Assembly (NCBI GenBank): GCA_964016885.1
Contig: OZ024742.1
Coordinates: forward strand, 186,930,001 to 186,994,000
Source: Eledone cirrhosa
Lineage: Eukaryota
Direction of reading: 5' to 3'
DNA length: 64,000 nt
Of the stretch, positions 24,319-40,000 are shown piece after piece (within the stretch, counting starts at the first letter, position 1; each line of letters starts with the position of its first letter). The position numbers and the translations under genes are program-made. The notes beneath the pieces are model-generated. The model was not told the DNA's origin. It was given only the letters and a program-made list of their open reading frames with translations, and did not search any database.

Positions 24319-27300
24319 TATTGAAGTTTGCTTGAAGCATTGTGGAATAATAGGTAAATATCTTTAAGTCGTTTGGAAGCCTCAACAATGCAAATGGGTA
24401 AATCTCCGGGTAACAAGATCCGGTGGTGGAGAGAGAGATGTAAGTGGGTGTACGTTGAGATGCATGGTGTGTATAAGACGTGTAGAGGAATGAAGGAAAG
24501 AGTATAAAGGATAAAATAAAAATAACAACACGAGAGAGAGTTACCTTGGGAGAGATTTAATTGTCCCTATATATTTCGGATTCATATCTCTTAACTGGGG
24601 GTTTTTTTCCGGGGTGGGAGAAAGATTGTCTGTCGGAAAGGTGCGAAACGCGTCCTCCGCTGTTTGTTGTTTTGAATATCTGAGGTATTCAGCAGAGCGC
24701 GCGTGCGCGTGAAATGGGGTCGGTCAGGCAGAGGTCAGCGGCCGAATGAGGGAGTGGGGTGGCGCTAGCTGTCAGTCCATTCTCTGCCTGTTTGTTAAAT
24801 CTTACTGTGTGTGCGTGCGTGTGTTGTTGCCTTGTTCCTCTGTATTGGCAGTGTAGTATGTTCATATGGTGGAATGCTACTGTGTGTGTGAGCGTGTGCG
24901 TGTGTAGTTATCTCGTTTGTGTGTGTGTGTGTGTGTGCGTGTGTTGCTGCATCGTTTGTTAACTTAAGCCAGCCACCTCATTTCGCTTCTCTTGGATCGA
25001 ATGTTTATTTGCGGTGCCAGGCGTTTGACAAAAAGCGCTTCCTTGATACGTAACGTGCCGACGTTTCTTTCAGTCGCTAGAATTGTGACAATGGGCCTTC
25101 CGTCTTTGTTTCCGCATTTGTCTATGTGTTTCCGGAAAGACGAGGCCCTGGTTTTAGTGTGTTCCTTGATCCGGATGTGGAAGGGTCGGATTGTGCTACC
25201 TATGTAGTATTGGTTGCACCTGTCACATTCTATCTTATACACGACGTATGTGCGTAGGCAACAGTTCGCATGGCGTATCGGGCAGTTTCTGAGGGAGCAC
25301 GCGTCAGTAGATTTCCCGGGTTTCCTGGAGAGGCATCTTCGCAGGGAGGGGCCCGAGTGGGCCAGGTGGATGTCGAGGCCCTCCCTCCGTATAGCCTTGC
25401 GGATAGCGTTGGGGGTATTCTCGCCCAGGTGTGGCATTTTAAGGAAGCACTTGCCTTGGGTGCCTCTCTGTCTCTTGTGTCTGGTGTCTCCTACTCTGTC
25501 TGTAGTGAGGTAGGGTACCCGTTCATCTCCAGCACCTCGAGGAATCGCTTGGTATGAGTGACACCACTCGCGGGATCGCTGCATCTGTTTTTGATTCGCG
25601 CGATCTCGTTCGTGATGTATCCTCTTTTGGCACTGTTAGGTAGGGCGGACTTGTAGTGAACGAACAGGTCCCTGCAGACTGCCTTTCGGTAGAAGTTGCA
25701 GTGGATCCTTCCCTGTTCCGTGATGTTGATTCCGAAGTCGAGGAGGGCAAGTGACCCGTCTTCGTTGGGGTGTTCAACACTGAAGTCAATGTTCTCGTCC
25801 GTGTTGTTGAACGTTTCATAGATTCTGTTCGCCGTGTCTTGGGAAGATGTGAGGATGAGGATATCGTCCACGTACCTTAAGAAAAAGGCGATGGCGTTGG
25901 GGTGGCAGGCGTTGAGTGCCTTGCGCTCGAGGTTGTCCACGTAAGAGATCGCTAGCACACCCGATAGGCTTGATCCCATGGTCAGTCCCGAGGTTTGTTG
26001 GTATGTTTGGTCAAGGAATCCGAAGTAGGGGTTGTCGACGACGTTGGATAGGAGTTCGTGGATGTCAGTGGTAGTGAGCACGAAGCAGTGTAGGTCGGTG
26101 GATTGGACGCATTCCATCAGTATATTGACGGCCGGGAGTGCCGGGACCGAGGTGCAGAGAGCCATTACATCAAGGCTGAAGGCATATCTGTTATTCCTTC
26201 TGGTGTCGGGATCCATTTGATGCAGTCGCTTCAACACCTCCTCGGAGCTGTTAACGTGTCCCGGCAAGGTGTCTAAGATGGGTTTGAGTATTCTGGCTAG
26301 GAGCCATGAAATTTTGTAGAGTGGTCCCTCCACGCTCGATACAATGGGCCTGATCTTCAGGTCGGGTCCCTGTTTGTGTGTTTTCACGAGGTGGTAGAAG
26401 CCGGGTAGTCTGCTGTTCCTCGTGAGGTGGTTGTACCTCAGCTTCTTCGGGAGCTTCCGCCGGTCGCAGATGTTGGTCCAGGCGGCGTTGATGTGCTCTT
26501 ATATCTGCGCGGGAGAGATTCCCGTGACCTTGGAGTAGAGGTTGTCATCGTCAAGGTGTTGGAGAGCCAGGGTGTTGTAGGCCTCTCTGCTGATGACGCA
26601 GAATTCTTTTCCCTTGTCGGAGGGGAGATAGATGAGGTTCTTCGATTTTAGTTTGGAGAGAGTGGTGAGTTGAGATTTGGTGAGGTTATGTGTTGTGCGT
26701 GTGTGTGTGTGTTTGTGAAGTATATCCGAGATGGTGTGTTTTAGCCTGATGAGTTTAGTGTCGAGTTCGTGGTTGGCGGGTGGGGGGGGGGAGTGGGTTG
26801 TCGGGGTGGTAAGTGGAACAAGGCAACACCACGCACACACACACACACACTCAAGCGAGACAACAACACACGCACACACACACACAGTAACATTTAACAA
26901 ACAGACAGAGAATGGACTGACAGCTAGCGCCACCCACTCCCTCATTAGGCCGCTGACCTCTGCCCGACCGACCCCATTTCACGCGCACGCGCGCTCTGCT
27001 GAATACCTCAGATATTCAAAACAACAAACAGCGGAGGACGCGTTTCGCACCTTTCCGACAGACAACCTTTCCCCTACCCCGGAAAAAAAACCCAGTTGAT
27101 GGATGTGAATCCGAAATATATAGGGACAATTAAATCTCTCCCAAGGTAACTCTCTCTCGTGTTGTTATTTTTATTTTCTCCTTTATACTCTTTCCTTCAT
27201 TCCTCTACACGTCTTATACACACCACGCATCTCAACGTACACCCACTTACATCTCTCTCTCCACCACCGGATCTTGTTACCCGGAGTTTTACCCATTTGC

Positions 27301-27326
27301 ATTGTCGAGGCTTCCAAACGACTTAA
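24311..27326 (-). mobile_element. Penelope/Poseidon-like PLE with inverted pLTR at its 5' end
   Basis: Frameshifted ORF 24964-26790 has DKG, RPIVS, SLDV, GLTMGSSLS, RYVDDIL and VVYKIEC..YIGST.RP...RIKEH. 24360-24820 is inverted at 26880-27326. (TA)n on both sides. A solo pLTR piece lies at 52158-52520. Confidence 0.9.
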
Positions 27327-27552
27327 ATATATATATATATATATATAAATATATATCCGAAACAAATTAAGGGAGTCATGTCCGAGACATGCGCCATATC
27401 CACCGTAGAAAGGACTCGGCTGCTATTTATAGCTGCCGATCCCCCTATTCACGCCAATGGGAGGATGCTAGCATATTGTTAGTAGTTTTAGAAATATATG
27501 TCAATCAATTTCTAGTTTATATACATATATATATCGAAAGTCTAAAGTCTGT

Positions 27553-27740
27553 CTTAAGCCAGAAGGCTCATTAGGCCGGTGCTGATGCTGTTTTCATGGC
27601 GTGAAGCGACTGAGAGTACAAGACTGCCCCCATGTACAGGACGCCAGTCCATCGCAGGGTTAAACCCCAGCTGAGTATACTGGAGCAACGTGTAATGAAT
27701 CGTTTCGCTCAAGAACACAACACGCACCCCAGGAATCATG
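27553..27740 (-). mobile_element. SINE with V-domain-like segment
   Basis: Minus strand has GTGTTCTTGAGC.. and CCTGCGATGGACTGGCGTCCTGT. Confidence 0.5.
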
Positions 27741-27912
27741 TATATAATTTATTAAGATATATTTTATTACTATATATATGCAAAAGTTCTATTTAAATTG
27801 TTGGGATACAACAAGCAAATATTTTTATAACTGATATAAAGCACTCAACAAGTATTTGGAGTAAATATACGATATTAACAAATGGAAACTATATTTATAA
27901 AACCGTATTTAT

Positions 27913-27970
27913 TTCATTATACATATTTCAAGGACACCAAGTTAAATTATGGTGTGCTTTCATCAGACAA
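27913..27970 (-). ncRNA. Type I hammerhead in solo pLTR (27780-28035)
   Basis: Minus strand reads TTGT-CTGATGA-AAG C ACACCA..TGGTGT C CTT-GAAA-TATGTA-TA-ATGAA. Confidence 0.7.
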
Positions 27971-28044
27971 CATATAATATAGATCAGTTTTATAAATAAA
28001 TATTGACATACCCTTAAAAAATGCAACCATTACTGTTGGAGGCT

Positions 28045-28375
28045 TCCAGTAATGTGTCTTTTAAGACCTCCCATCCTATCACATTCCTTGCCACATTTCT
28101 TACACCTTTTCAGATCATAATTTACACGAGGTCTACTGATATGACTTTGTTCGCGTATAATCAAACCAGTTTTGCTCAGGCAGACTCGACCACAGTGCTG
28201 GCAAACGAGATGTTGCTCAACAACAGGCAGTTCAGAACAGTCTCCTTTTCTCACCTTCCTTTTCAGTGTTAGGTGTTTGCTCTCTTCGACAACTTTCAAA
28301 GCGTTCACTAACTGACTTGATCAAACGAGCTATTTTCTCCCATTCGTCAGATGAAATTCCAGCACAAGCCAAGGT
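28045..28375 (-). mobile_element. RTE LINE 3' fragment with C2H2 fingers
   Basis: CQHCGRVCLSKTGL..SH and CKKCGKECDRMGGLKRH are similar to 11161-11350. Confidence 0.7.
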
Positions 28376-28677
28376 GCCCCTGGCACACACCCGGTACATC
28401 ATTATATATATATATATATACACACAGTGAAAAATTCGTTAAGACAATATTACAGTCTTAGGTATGCAAGTATATTCTATTTTTATAATGAGCCGAGCGC
28501 TACGATGAATGCATACGAGGTCTGTTGAAAAAGTACCCGGCCTTAGGTTGGAGGAAATAATCACGTATTTGATGGGGTTTTATTGTTACTCCACTCCACA
28601 TTTAACCCAATGATCCTTCCACTGTTCAGAGTAGCCCTGCAGTGCTTCATCCCGAATGGTTCTCACCTTCACCGCTA

Positions 28678-31005
<2,328 letters not shown>

Positions 31006-31365
31006 TGTCAATTTTGTAGCCGTCTTCTCTAGGCACAATTACAATATCAAACCAAAATCAGTTCACACACAGAAATGTAGCTTGTAATTTTATGGGAGAG
31101 GAATTCGCATGTGACAACATCAATATACTAATAAGTTGCCAACAGATTTAAAGATTTGGCATCATAAAGCAATTTCATATAGAGAGAAGAAGCAGTCAGG
31201 CGTTTACAAACAGCCATGAGAGAAGTTGCTGGAGTATGATGTGACGTTACAGACTTTTAGTGAAACATCCGCCATAACGATATGTACGAGTGTTTACTGC
31301 AACAGCTGAGATATACCTCTCACTAAACATTACATAGATGCACTTAAACTCACATACACTCGCAT

Positions 31366-31437
<72 letters not shown>

Positions 31438-31554
31438 GTATATGTATATATATATAAATGTATATGTATATATCCATATAGATATGTGTGTGTATTCACG
31501 CGTGTGTGCTTTTTAGTGCGTTTTGTGAAAGGTTTGTTCTCTCTCCGCCCCCCC

Positions 31555-31609
<55 letters not shown>

Positions 31610-31610
31610 C

Positions 31611-31642
<32 letters not shown>

Positions 31643-31805
31643 CATATATATATCATATATATATATATATATATTTAGGTTTGAAGGTTCACCACTGGAT
31701 AGAGTTGGTCATTCCGTATGGTCAATCTTGATATGGAGAGTACTCAACGTAAAGCAGCTCAACCGTCTTCGTTTGTGTAGTTGGTGGTGCGAGTACGGAG
31801 TTAAT

Positions 31806-32162
31806 TATTATAATAAAATAACAGGAGGCTGTACTTGTGTAAATCCTTGAAAGGTTTATTATACTATGATCATTTCAATGACCGGGTTCCGTATGAATCC
31901 GGTGATATCATCAGGTATTCGAAATATAATAAATGAATGTAACAGATAAAATCCATGGGGCTGAAAATCATAGACCCGAGGACGACTATCATTTTCAGCC
32001 CCATGGATTTTATCTGTTACATTCATTTATTACATTCATTTCTTATATTTCAAATACCTGATGATATCACCGGATTCATACGGCACCCAGTCATTGAAAT
32101 GATCATAGTATAATAAACCTTTCAAGGATTTACACAAGTCCAGCCTCCTGTTATTTTATTAT
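31806..32162. mobile_element. pLTR foldback with a hammerhead in each arm (31861-31918 minus; 32054-32111 plus)
   Basis: ATAC-CTGATGA-(..ACCGG..CC(A/G)GT..)-GAAA-TGATCA-TA-GTAT-AATAAA. The arms are reverse complements. Confidence 0.8.
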
Positions 32163-32168
32163 ATATAA

Positions 32169-32240
<72 letters not shown>

Positions 32241-32243
<3 letters not shown>

Positions 32244-32600
32244 ATATTAACAAATGTAAACTATATTTATAATACGATATTTATTTCATTATACATATTT
32301 CAAAGACATCAAGTTAAATTATGGTGTGCTTTCATCAGATAAAATATAATATAGAGCAGTTTTATAAATAAATATTGACATGCCCTTAACGAATGCAACC
32401 ATTACTGTTTATCTGATGAAAGCACACCATAAGTTAACTTGATGTCCTTGAAATATGTATAATGAAATAAATATGGTTTTATAAATATAGTTTCCATTTA
32501 TTAATATCGTATTTATACTCCAATTATTTGTTGAGTGCTTTATATCAGTTATAAAAATATTTGCTTGTTGTACCCCAACAATTTAAATAGAACTTTTACA
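32241..32600. mobile_element. pLTR foldback with a hammerhead in each arm (32285-32343 minus; 32408-32466 plus)
   Basis: TTTAT-CTGATGA-AAG..CTT-GAAA-TATGTA-TA-ATGAA. Same family as 27780-28035. Confidence 0.75.
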
Positions 32601-32607
32601 CACACAC

Positions 32608-32665
<58 letters not shown>

Positions 32666-32834
32666 ATATATGTATATATATGTGTATATATGTATATATA
32701 TGTATATATATATATATATAAAATACGTAGTTTAGAAAGCCACAACAGTGGCTTTCTAAACTACGTATTTTACACATTTCACAATGCTTCAAGCAAACTT
32801 TAACACCCTCATATATATATATATATGTATATAT

Positions 32835-35093
32835 ATAAGAATTAAAATACTAGAGTGTGTTGGAGTTAAACACCCTCTTCATATTATAGAAATGACAGTA
32901 TAAGATATAGCTCAATGTAATTAAACAGAGCCGAAGAATTATAAAAAAAAAATAAACCAAAGAAGCCTTGAATATATCAAAAGTCTTTATTAGCCAACAA
33001 TGTTTCGTCCTATTAAGGACTCATCAGGGCAAGTAAAGCTACAAGAAGCACTATCGGCCAATACAAGCCAAAAACTCAGAAGAATATGGAGTATACATCT
33101 ATTAAAGATTAGGAAAGATATTAAGGAAAAGTTGGCTAAGATTAAGAGTGAGCAGTTACAAACATAGATATAGACCAAATAGCAAGGAAGTGATTAACAT
33201 GTTGAACCCACATTGCAAATATTATATAATGTAAAAATTGAAACACAAATGGAAATATAATTGTTTCTACTATTGGCACAAGGCCAGAAATTACCCAGTA
33301 CATTACTGGTACTTTATTTTATCAACCCCGTAAGGATGAAAGGCAAAGTTAACCTCGGCGGGATTTGAACTCAGAATGGCAAGGGCCGTAACTCTATGCG
33401 TCAAAGCATGGCGTCCGACCCTCTACCGATACTGCCAATAATGGAAATATAATGCGAGAATTACAGTACGATATAGAATATAATATAATATAATAGATGG
33501 TGATAATAAAAAGCTTAATATATGTATATATATATATCTCAATACATATACACATTAGTACAAATACAAACTAACACTTATTAAGTATTTAAATATATAT
33601 ATATTGTTTACAGTATAATATAATAAGGATAAAAATAAGAATAAAGATAAAAATAAAAATAAAATATAATATATAATTCCCTGTGCATAAACAATATAGA
33701 AACATTATAATAACATTATAATAACAATATTATAATATATTGGCATCAAAAGATATACAAAATTACATCATACATATAATTCAAGGTTAACAAATAGTAT
33801 AAAGTTTTACACAGGGTAAGAAAAAATCATATAGAACTAAATAGTGTTGAAAAAATTATGTTGAAAAAATATCTATACCATTGTAACAAATACACGGAGT
33901 CATTATACATTGGCATAAATATTACCAAAATATCACAAAATATTACAAAATATATTTACGTGGTTGACATACAGACATATATTAATGAAATTACATGGTC
34001 AGACAAACAGCGTGTGGTAGTAAAATAATAAATAAAATAAACCGAAGATCGAAAAACAAAAACAAGTATATTTACTTAGGTGTCACAAGCGGTTAAGTAA
34101 AAGAAAAAAGATAGAAATGTAGACCATAGAGTTGACTAGAAAACCTTTTTAAATTAATTAATATTAAAAGTATTTAAAATACATATTTAGTCACTTCAAA
34201 ATTAGCTAGCGTTTAAGTCATCAAAACCTTATAAGTTTAAGAAATCTCAATAAAATTATCAAGAATAGAGTAAAATATGCTTCGTTCAGTCGAATAACGT
34301 TATCAAATAAAAGGACTCTAAATAGAACTATGGTAGACCAATGGGAACAGAAAGAAGAGAGGTTATGGAGGATAGGAAGGAGCATAAAAGTAAATTCATA
34401 TATTATATAATATCATAAAAGGAGCATAAAGGTGAATTTATATATAGTATAATAGAAGGGGCGGATATTAACTGTGTAGAGGAGGAGGTACATTAGTTGA
34501 ATGAGACTCCAACCAAAGTATTTAATAAGATATAAACCCATAAGGTGTTAGTAGTGAAACTATAATAATGCTTAAGACGATAGATAGGGTATGGTAGCCA
34601 AAAGACTATGGAAACTAAAATCGAAAAGTTGTAAAAAAACTAATAATAATAAAGATGATGGTAATCAAAATGAACCCAAACAAAAAAGATAAGGAAATAT
34701 AGCAGTTAATGGATACGATTTAAACTACCAGAACTTTTAGGTCTATAATAGAAGAAAGAATTAGAAATGTGTTTCAAATTTTTGCATTATATAATATTTG
34801 CAATGTGGGTTCAACATGTTAATCACTTCCTTGCTATTTGGTCCATATCTATGTTTGTAACTGCTCACTCTTAATCTTAGCCAACTTTTCCTTAGTATCT
34901 TTCCTAAGCTTTAATAGATGTATACTCCATATTCTTCTGAGTGTTTGGCTTGTATTTGCCGATAGTGCTTCTTGTAGCTTTACTTGCCCTGATGAGTCAT
35001 TAATAGGACGAAACATTGTTGGCTAATAAAGACTTTTGATGTATTGAAGGCTTCTTTGGTTTATTTTTTTTAATAATTTTTTAAAATAATCTT

Positions 35094-35100
<7 letters not shown>
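32835..35100. mobile_element. Non-coding element with ~330-bp inverted termini, each carrying a minimal hammerhead (32993-33030 minus; 34986-35023 plus)
   Basis: GCC-CTGATGA-GTC(C)..GGAC-GAAA-CATTG-TT-GGC-TAATAAA. About 32935-33250 is inverted at 34765-35085. (TA)n flanks. Confidence 0.8.
33262..33439 (-). mobile_element. tRNA-derived SINE with 14-bp TSD
   Basis: A box TGGCAGTATCGG and B box GAGTTCAAATC. AATGGAAATATAAT is duplicated at 33248-33261 and 33440-33453. Confidence 0.9.
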
Positions 35101-35153
<53 letters not shown>

Positions 35154-35934
35154 TGTATGAATATTTATTTATATTTCCATGCATATGCACCATAGCACCA
35201 TATATTATACATACATGCACAAGAGGAGACAATAGTACGCAGTTCGTCCCAATAAAAAAACAAATAACAGGAAATATCTAACGTTTATGGCATATCTGCA
35301 GGACCTTAATCGATCAAATATTGCTTGGAACTCCAAATAACGATTCCTCTTTTATATTTAGCCCTCTTTTACTCTCGTTCTCTCACAATTACCCACCTTT
35401 TATGAGTGCGTTTTGCTTCTTTTGATATGAATAGATCGATATACTTCCATTGACTTTTAATATCGATAATGTGTTTAAGGATAAAACCGAACTGAACCAG
35501 TTGTAATCTATAGAAAGGGCGATGTGACAGATAAGATTCTATGTTAATATATTATGTGCTATCGGTAGATACGTTGTATTAATGGGCATCATTACACAGA
35601 GGAAATGAGTAGAGCGAAATTCACTGGCAGGTATGTACAAAGGTAGATATACACAGAGAAACAGTAGGGACTGAGAATACTAGTGATTGGTTGTATATGT
35701 ATATGAAGGGAAGCTAAGTAGCATATTAATTGAAATAGGAAAGAGGAAAAGAGGAAAGTAGCTGATCAATAGTTTTATAGTAGTATTGATTGAATATCAC
35801 GTGATAATTTAATAATTTAATTTTAAAATGAAGTTTAACTTGACATGAGTTTTAGATGTGACGATATATATTCTGCGTGAGCTTTATCGATAGAAAGTGA
35901 TCAAAACTTGAGCCTGACCTGAGTGTCAGACTAA

Positions 35935-36890
35935 TATAGTGTCTGGCACAATGTCAACCATAGTATCTGGTACAATGACATCCACAGTTTCTGGTACAAT
36001 GTCAACCATAGTGACTGGTACCATGACAATCATAGTGTCTGGTACCATCACAACCATAGTGTCTGGTACCATGACATCCATAGTATCTGGTACAATGACA
36101 ACCAAAGTGTCTGGTACCATGACAAATATAGTGTCTGGTACTATGACAACCATAGTGTCTGGTAACATGACAGCTATAATGTCTGGTACCATGGCAACCA
36201 TAGTGTCTGGTACAATGAAAACCATAGTGACTGGTACCATGAGAACCAAAGTATCTGGTACAATGACATTCACAGTGTTTGGTACTATGACAGCCTTAGT
36301 GTCTGGTACCATGACAACCAAAGTGTCTGGTACCATGACAACCATAATGTCTGGTACAATGCCAGCCATAGTTTCTGTTACCATGACAACCAAAGTGTCT
36401 GGTACCATGACAACCAAAGTATCTGGTACCATGACAACCACAGTGTCTGGTACAATGACAGCCATAGTGTCTGGTACCATGACAAACATAGTGTCTGGTA
36501 CCATGACAACCATAGTGTCTGGTACCATGACAGCTATAATAACTGGTACCATGACAATCAAAGTGTCTGGTACCATGGTAAACACAGTGTCTGGTACCAT
36601 GACAACCACAGTGTCTGGTACTATGACAATCAAAGTATCTGGTCCCATGAAAACCACAGTGTCTGGTACAATGACAACCATCGTGTCTGGTACCATGACA
36701 ACCAAAGTGTCTGGTACCATGACAACCAAAGTATCTGGTACCATGACAACCACAGTGTCTGGTACAATGACAACCAACGTATCTGGTACCATGACAACCA
36801 CAGTGCCTGGTACAATGACAGCCATAGTGTCTGGTACAATGACAACCATAGTGTCTGGTACCATGACAACCATAATGTCTGGTATAACGA
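35935..36890. repeat. 24-bp minisatellite, ~40 copies, no visible indels
   Basis: Unit GTGTCTGGTACCATGACAACCATA. Open frames exist on both strands. Confidence 0.95.
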
Positions 36891-36985
36891 CATATATATA
36901 ACGAAGGAAATGTGGTAAGGAACCAGATGGACCATAACGCACCAGAGTACTCAATACTTAGGTAGTAGAGTGAGTAATAGGAAAA

Positions 36986-37090
36986 AGTATGACCCGACGT
37001 CAGAGCTCAAGCCGTTTCGACGGCTATTTCTGGACTAAATTAGAATTTTTAGCCTGGGAAATAAATAGCCGAACTTGTCAAGGGGTACTT
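36986..37090 (-). ncRNA. Hammerhead with UUGACAA (U3-A8) core, slightly decayed
   Basis: Minus strand reads ACCCC-TTGACAA-G..CGGCTATTT...AAATAGCCG.C-GAAA-CGGC..GAC-GTC-GGGT. Confidence 0.7.
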
Positions 37091-40000
37091 CCTTATATGG
37101 GAAGATTGTAGTTGTGAAGAGGATTGGTCAATATTTGTTGTAAACACAAATAAGTCTGTCATAGCATTTGCAGGGAGGTAGGGGTGGCTGAACTTGCCTG
37201 TAGAACAATGAGGGAATAAGTGGAGCCGGTCAAGCGTTGAAAGTGATATCTATAAAGCAGATTCTAAGGATAGTGTATGAAAAGTCGAAAAATTGTTCTG
37301 GAGAAAAATGTAGAAGTGAGGGTATAGAATAGGTAAGTCAAATGAAAGTAGGAAACAATAGAAAATAATAGAAAGAAATATAAAGAAAATATATAAAATT
37401 ACATAGTGAGAAATGAATAAAAAAACAAAACAAAAACAGTAGAGTCTAGAGACAGCTGCTATAATAAGTAGGTGTTGCTTGTACGGCCAAAGCTGTAGAA
37501 AATAAGTTGAGAATGGAAAATACTAAATAAGAAATTGTAGAAGTGGGTAGTGAAAAAATATAATGCAAACTTTTCAGGGGATCTAACACAGCTGCTATAA
37601 ATAGTTAGTAAAGCGTATTCCGCCAATTCTATCTGACAATTACAGGTTAATAAGTTGAGAATAGAAAATACTAAATAAGAAATATTGAAATTGTAGAATT
37701 GGAGTAGTAACAAAAATGATACAAATTACAGGGGTCTAACACATAAGCTATAAATAGTTAGTAAAGCGTAATCGGCCACGTTACGTTCTCGGCATCTGTT
37801 GTTGAGGGGGCACGTTGATCTATCAGGGCAGTTACACCTCCTGGTCGGCTCTCCACTGATGTCTAGGTTGTTTCTTCCATAGGGGTTGAGTTTATTGTTG
37901 TTTGAGGAGACGATGTTTTGTGCGAAGTTAGGTGTGGTGCTGTAGGAGAGTTTGATGGTGTTTTTTTAAAATTAATTTGTGGTAGCGGTGTAGTAGTGGG
38001 ATACGATATATACGGCGACAATCAGGACTTCGACACAAAGGAGAGATTCGGATTCAATACCTACAAATCTCCCCTCCGAACACTATGCTCTCACCCTTCG
38101 AGAACGACCTTTTCCACGTGGTCAAGAACATTAAATTCAAACCCAGACACAACAGATTCCTACAACAACTCCGTAGCAAAATAACAGAGTATGAAAACAC
38201 CAACGACATCATGATGCACTCGGACAAAACTGGAAACCTCTACTTCGTCAACCCTGACATATACCACACACTGATCAGGAGCAGCCTAAACTCCACCTAT
38301 AGAAAGGCTAACGATTCAATTATCGAGGACATAAATCGAAATGGACAACAAATTACCTCCAGCGTCGGGATCGCTACTTCACACTGAAGGACCACAAATC
38401 CGACTTCAACCGCAAACCATCCATCAGGCTTATAAACACAACAAAGTCGGACATAGGGAGAATCAGTAAAAAGATCCTAGACCGCGTTATACCAAAAGTT
38501 AAGCAAAACGCGAGACTTAGCCTATGGGTCAGCACCCAGAAAGTAATCTCATGGTCCAGGAATATGGAGGACAAACGAGACACAAAATTCATCCAGTTTG
38601 ACATAGAGAGTTACTATGCATCTATTACCTTACCGCTCCTTGCGGCCGCCTTGGACTTTGCCGAAACACTCACACCCATCACTGACCAGGAAAGAAATAT
38701 CATTCTCCACGCAAGAATACAGTCCTACTTTTCGACAACTCTAAGTGGATAAAGAGAGCTCCAGTCTCCCCCTTCGACGTCAGTATTGGCGCGGCGGATT
38801 CGGCCGAGGTTACAGATCTTATAGGATTATTCCTACCATTTAAACTCACAGAAATTTTTCCTGCATTCGGCGGTGGATTGTACCGAGATGATGGGCTGCT
38901 CACCCTCAAAGGGTACAACCCAAGTAGTACAGACCGGGTCCGTAAACTTATCAACTTCTTCCGGGACTGGGGATTTAAAATCACCCTACAAACGTCCCTA
39001 GCCCGAGTCAATTTCCTGAACGTTACTCGTAACCTCGAAAATGATCTGTACTACCTATACAGGAAACCAACCGACAACCTGCACTACATCCACCGCCGCT
39101 CTAACCATCCTAAAACATCACCTAAAACCTGGTTAAAAACATCTCCCTCCGCATATCTCGTTTGTCCGCTAATGAGCAGATATTCGACGAACAGGCCCTC
39201 AAGTGGAGTGGCTTCCGGGAGGAAATATCCTTTTATCCAGCTTCCCTTAGCGGAACCAGCAGGCGACACCGCCGCTCACGCAACGTAACGTGGTTCAATC
39301 CTCCACACAATGCCGAGGTGGCAACACCTATCGGGAAAATCTTCTTTAGGCGCCTCGAAAAACACTTCCCACTACAAAACCGCTACCACAATATAATCAA
39401 CACAAACACCACCAAACTCTCCTACAGGACCACGCCTAACTTCGCACAAAACATCGTCTCGTTAAACAACAAAACACTCAACCCCTATGGAAGAAACAAC
39501 CTAGACATCAGTGGAGAGCCGACCAGGAGGTGTAACTGCCATGATATAGCAACGTGCCCCCCCCAACAACAGATGCCGAGAACGTAACGTGATCTACCAG
39601 TGCAACGTGAGGACGGATACCTCCAACAAAGCTTATATAGGATTAACCGCTTGTGAATTTAAGACCCGGCTCTACCAACACCGACATACTTTCCGAAACC
39701 CGGTCCGGCGCCATGCCACTACACTTTCGGGCCACATCTGGGACCTCCAAGAAAATAATATAACCTACAATCTCACTTGGAGCTTACTGTCCAGAGCTAA
39801 CTCTTACACGGGAGGACGCCGTCCGTGTAAATTATGCTCGGAGGAAACATTACAAATGCTGTTTTCGAAGGACCAACTCCTAAACAAGAAAGACGAACTG
39901 GTAATCGCATGCAAACACAGATTGCGTAGGACTTACCTAGGCCTCAATCCCCATAACGACCCGGGTGGGTAGACAATGGCTGATACCCTCCACTTGCCGA

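Noticed and set aside
24635-24662. GAAACGCGTC as a hammerhead 3' half
   Set aside because: It is antisense to the element, and no CTGANGA or TTGANAA with a matching stem II lies upstream in any of the three copies.
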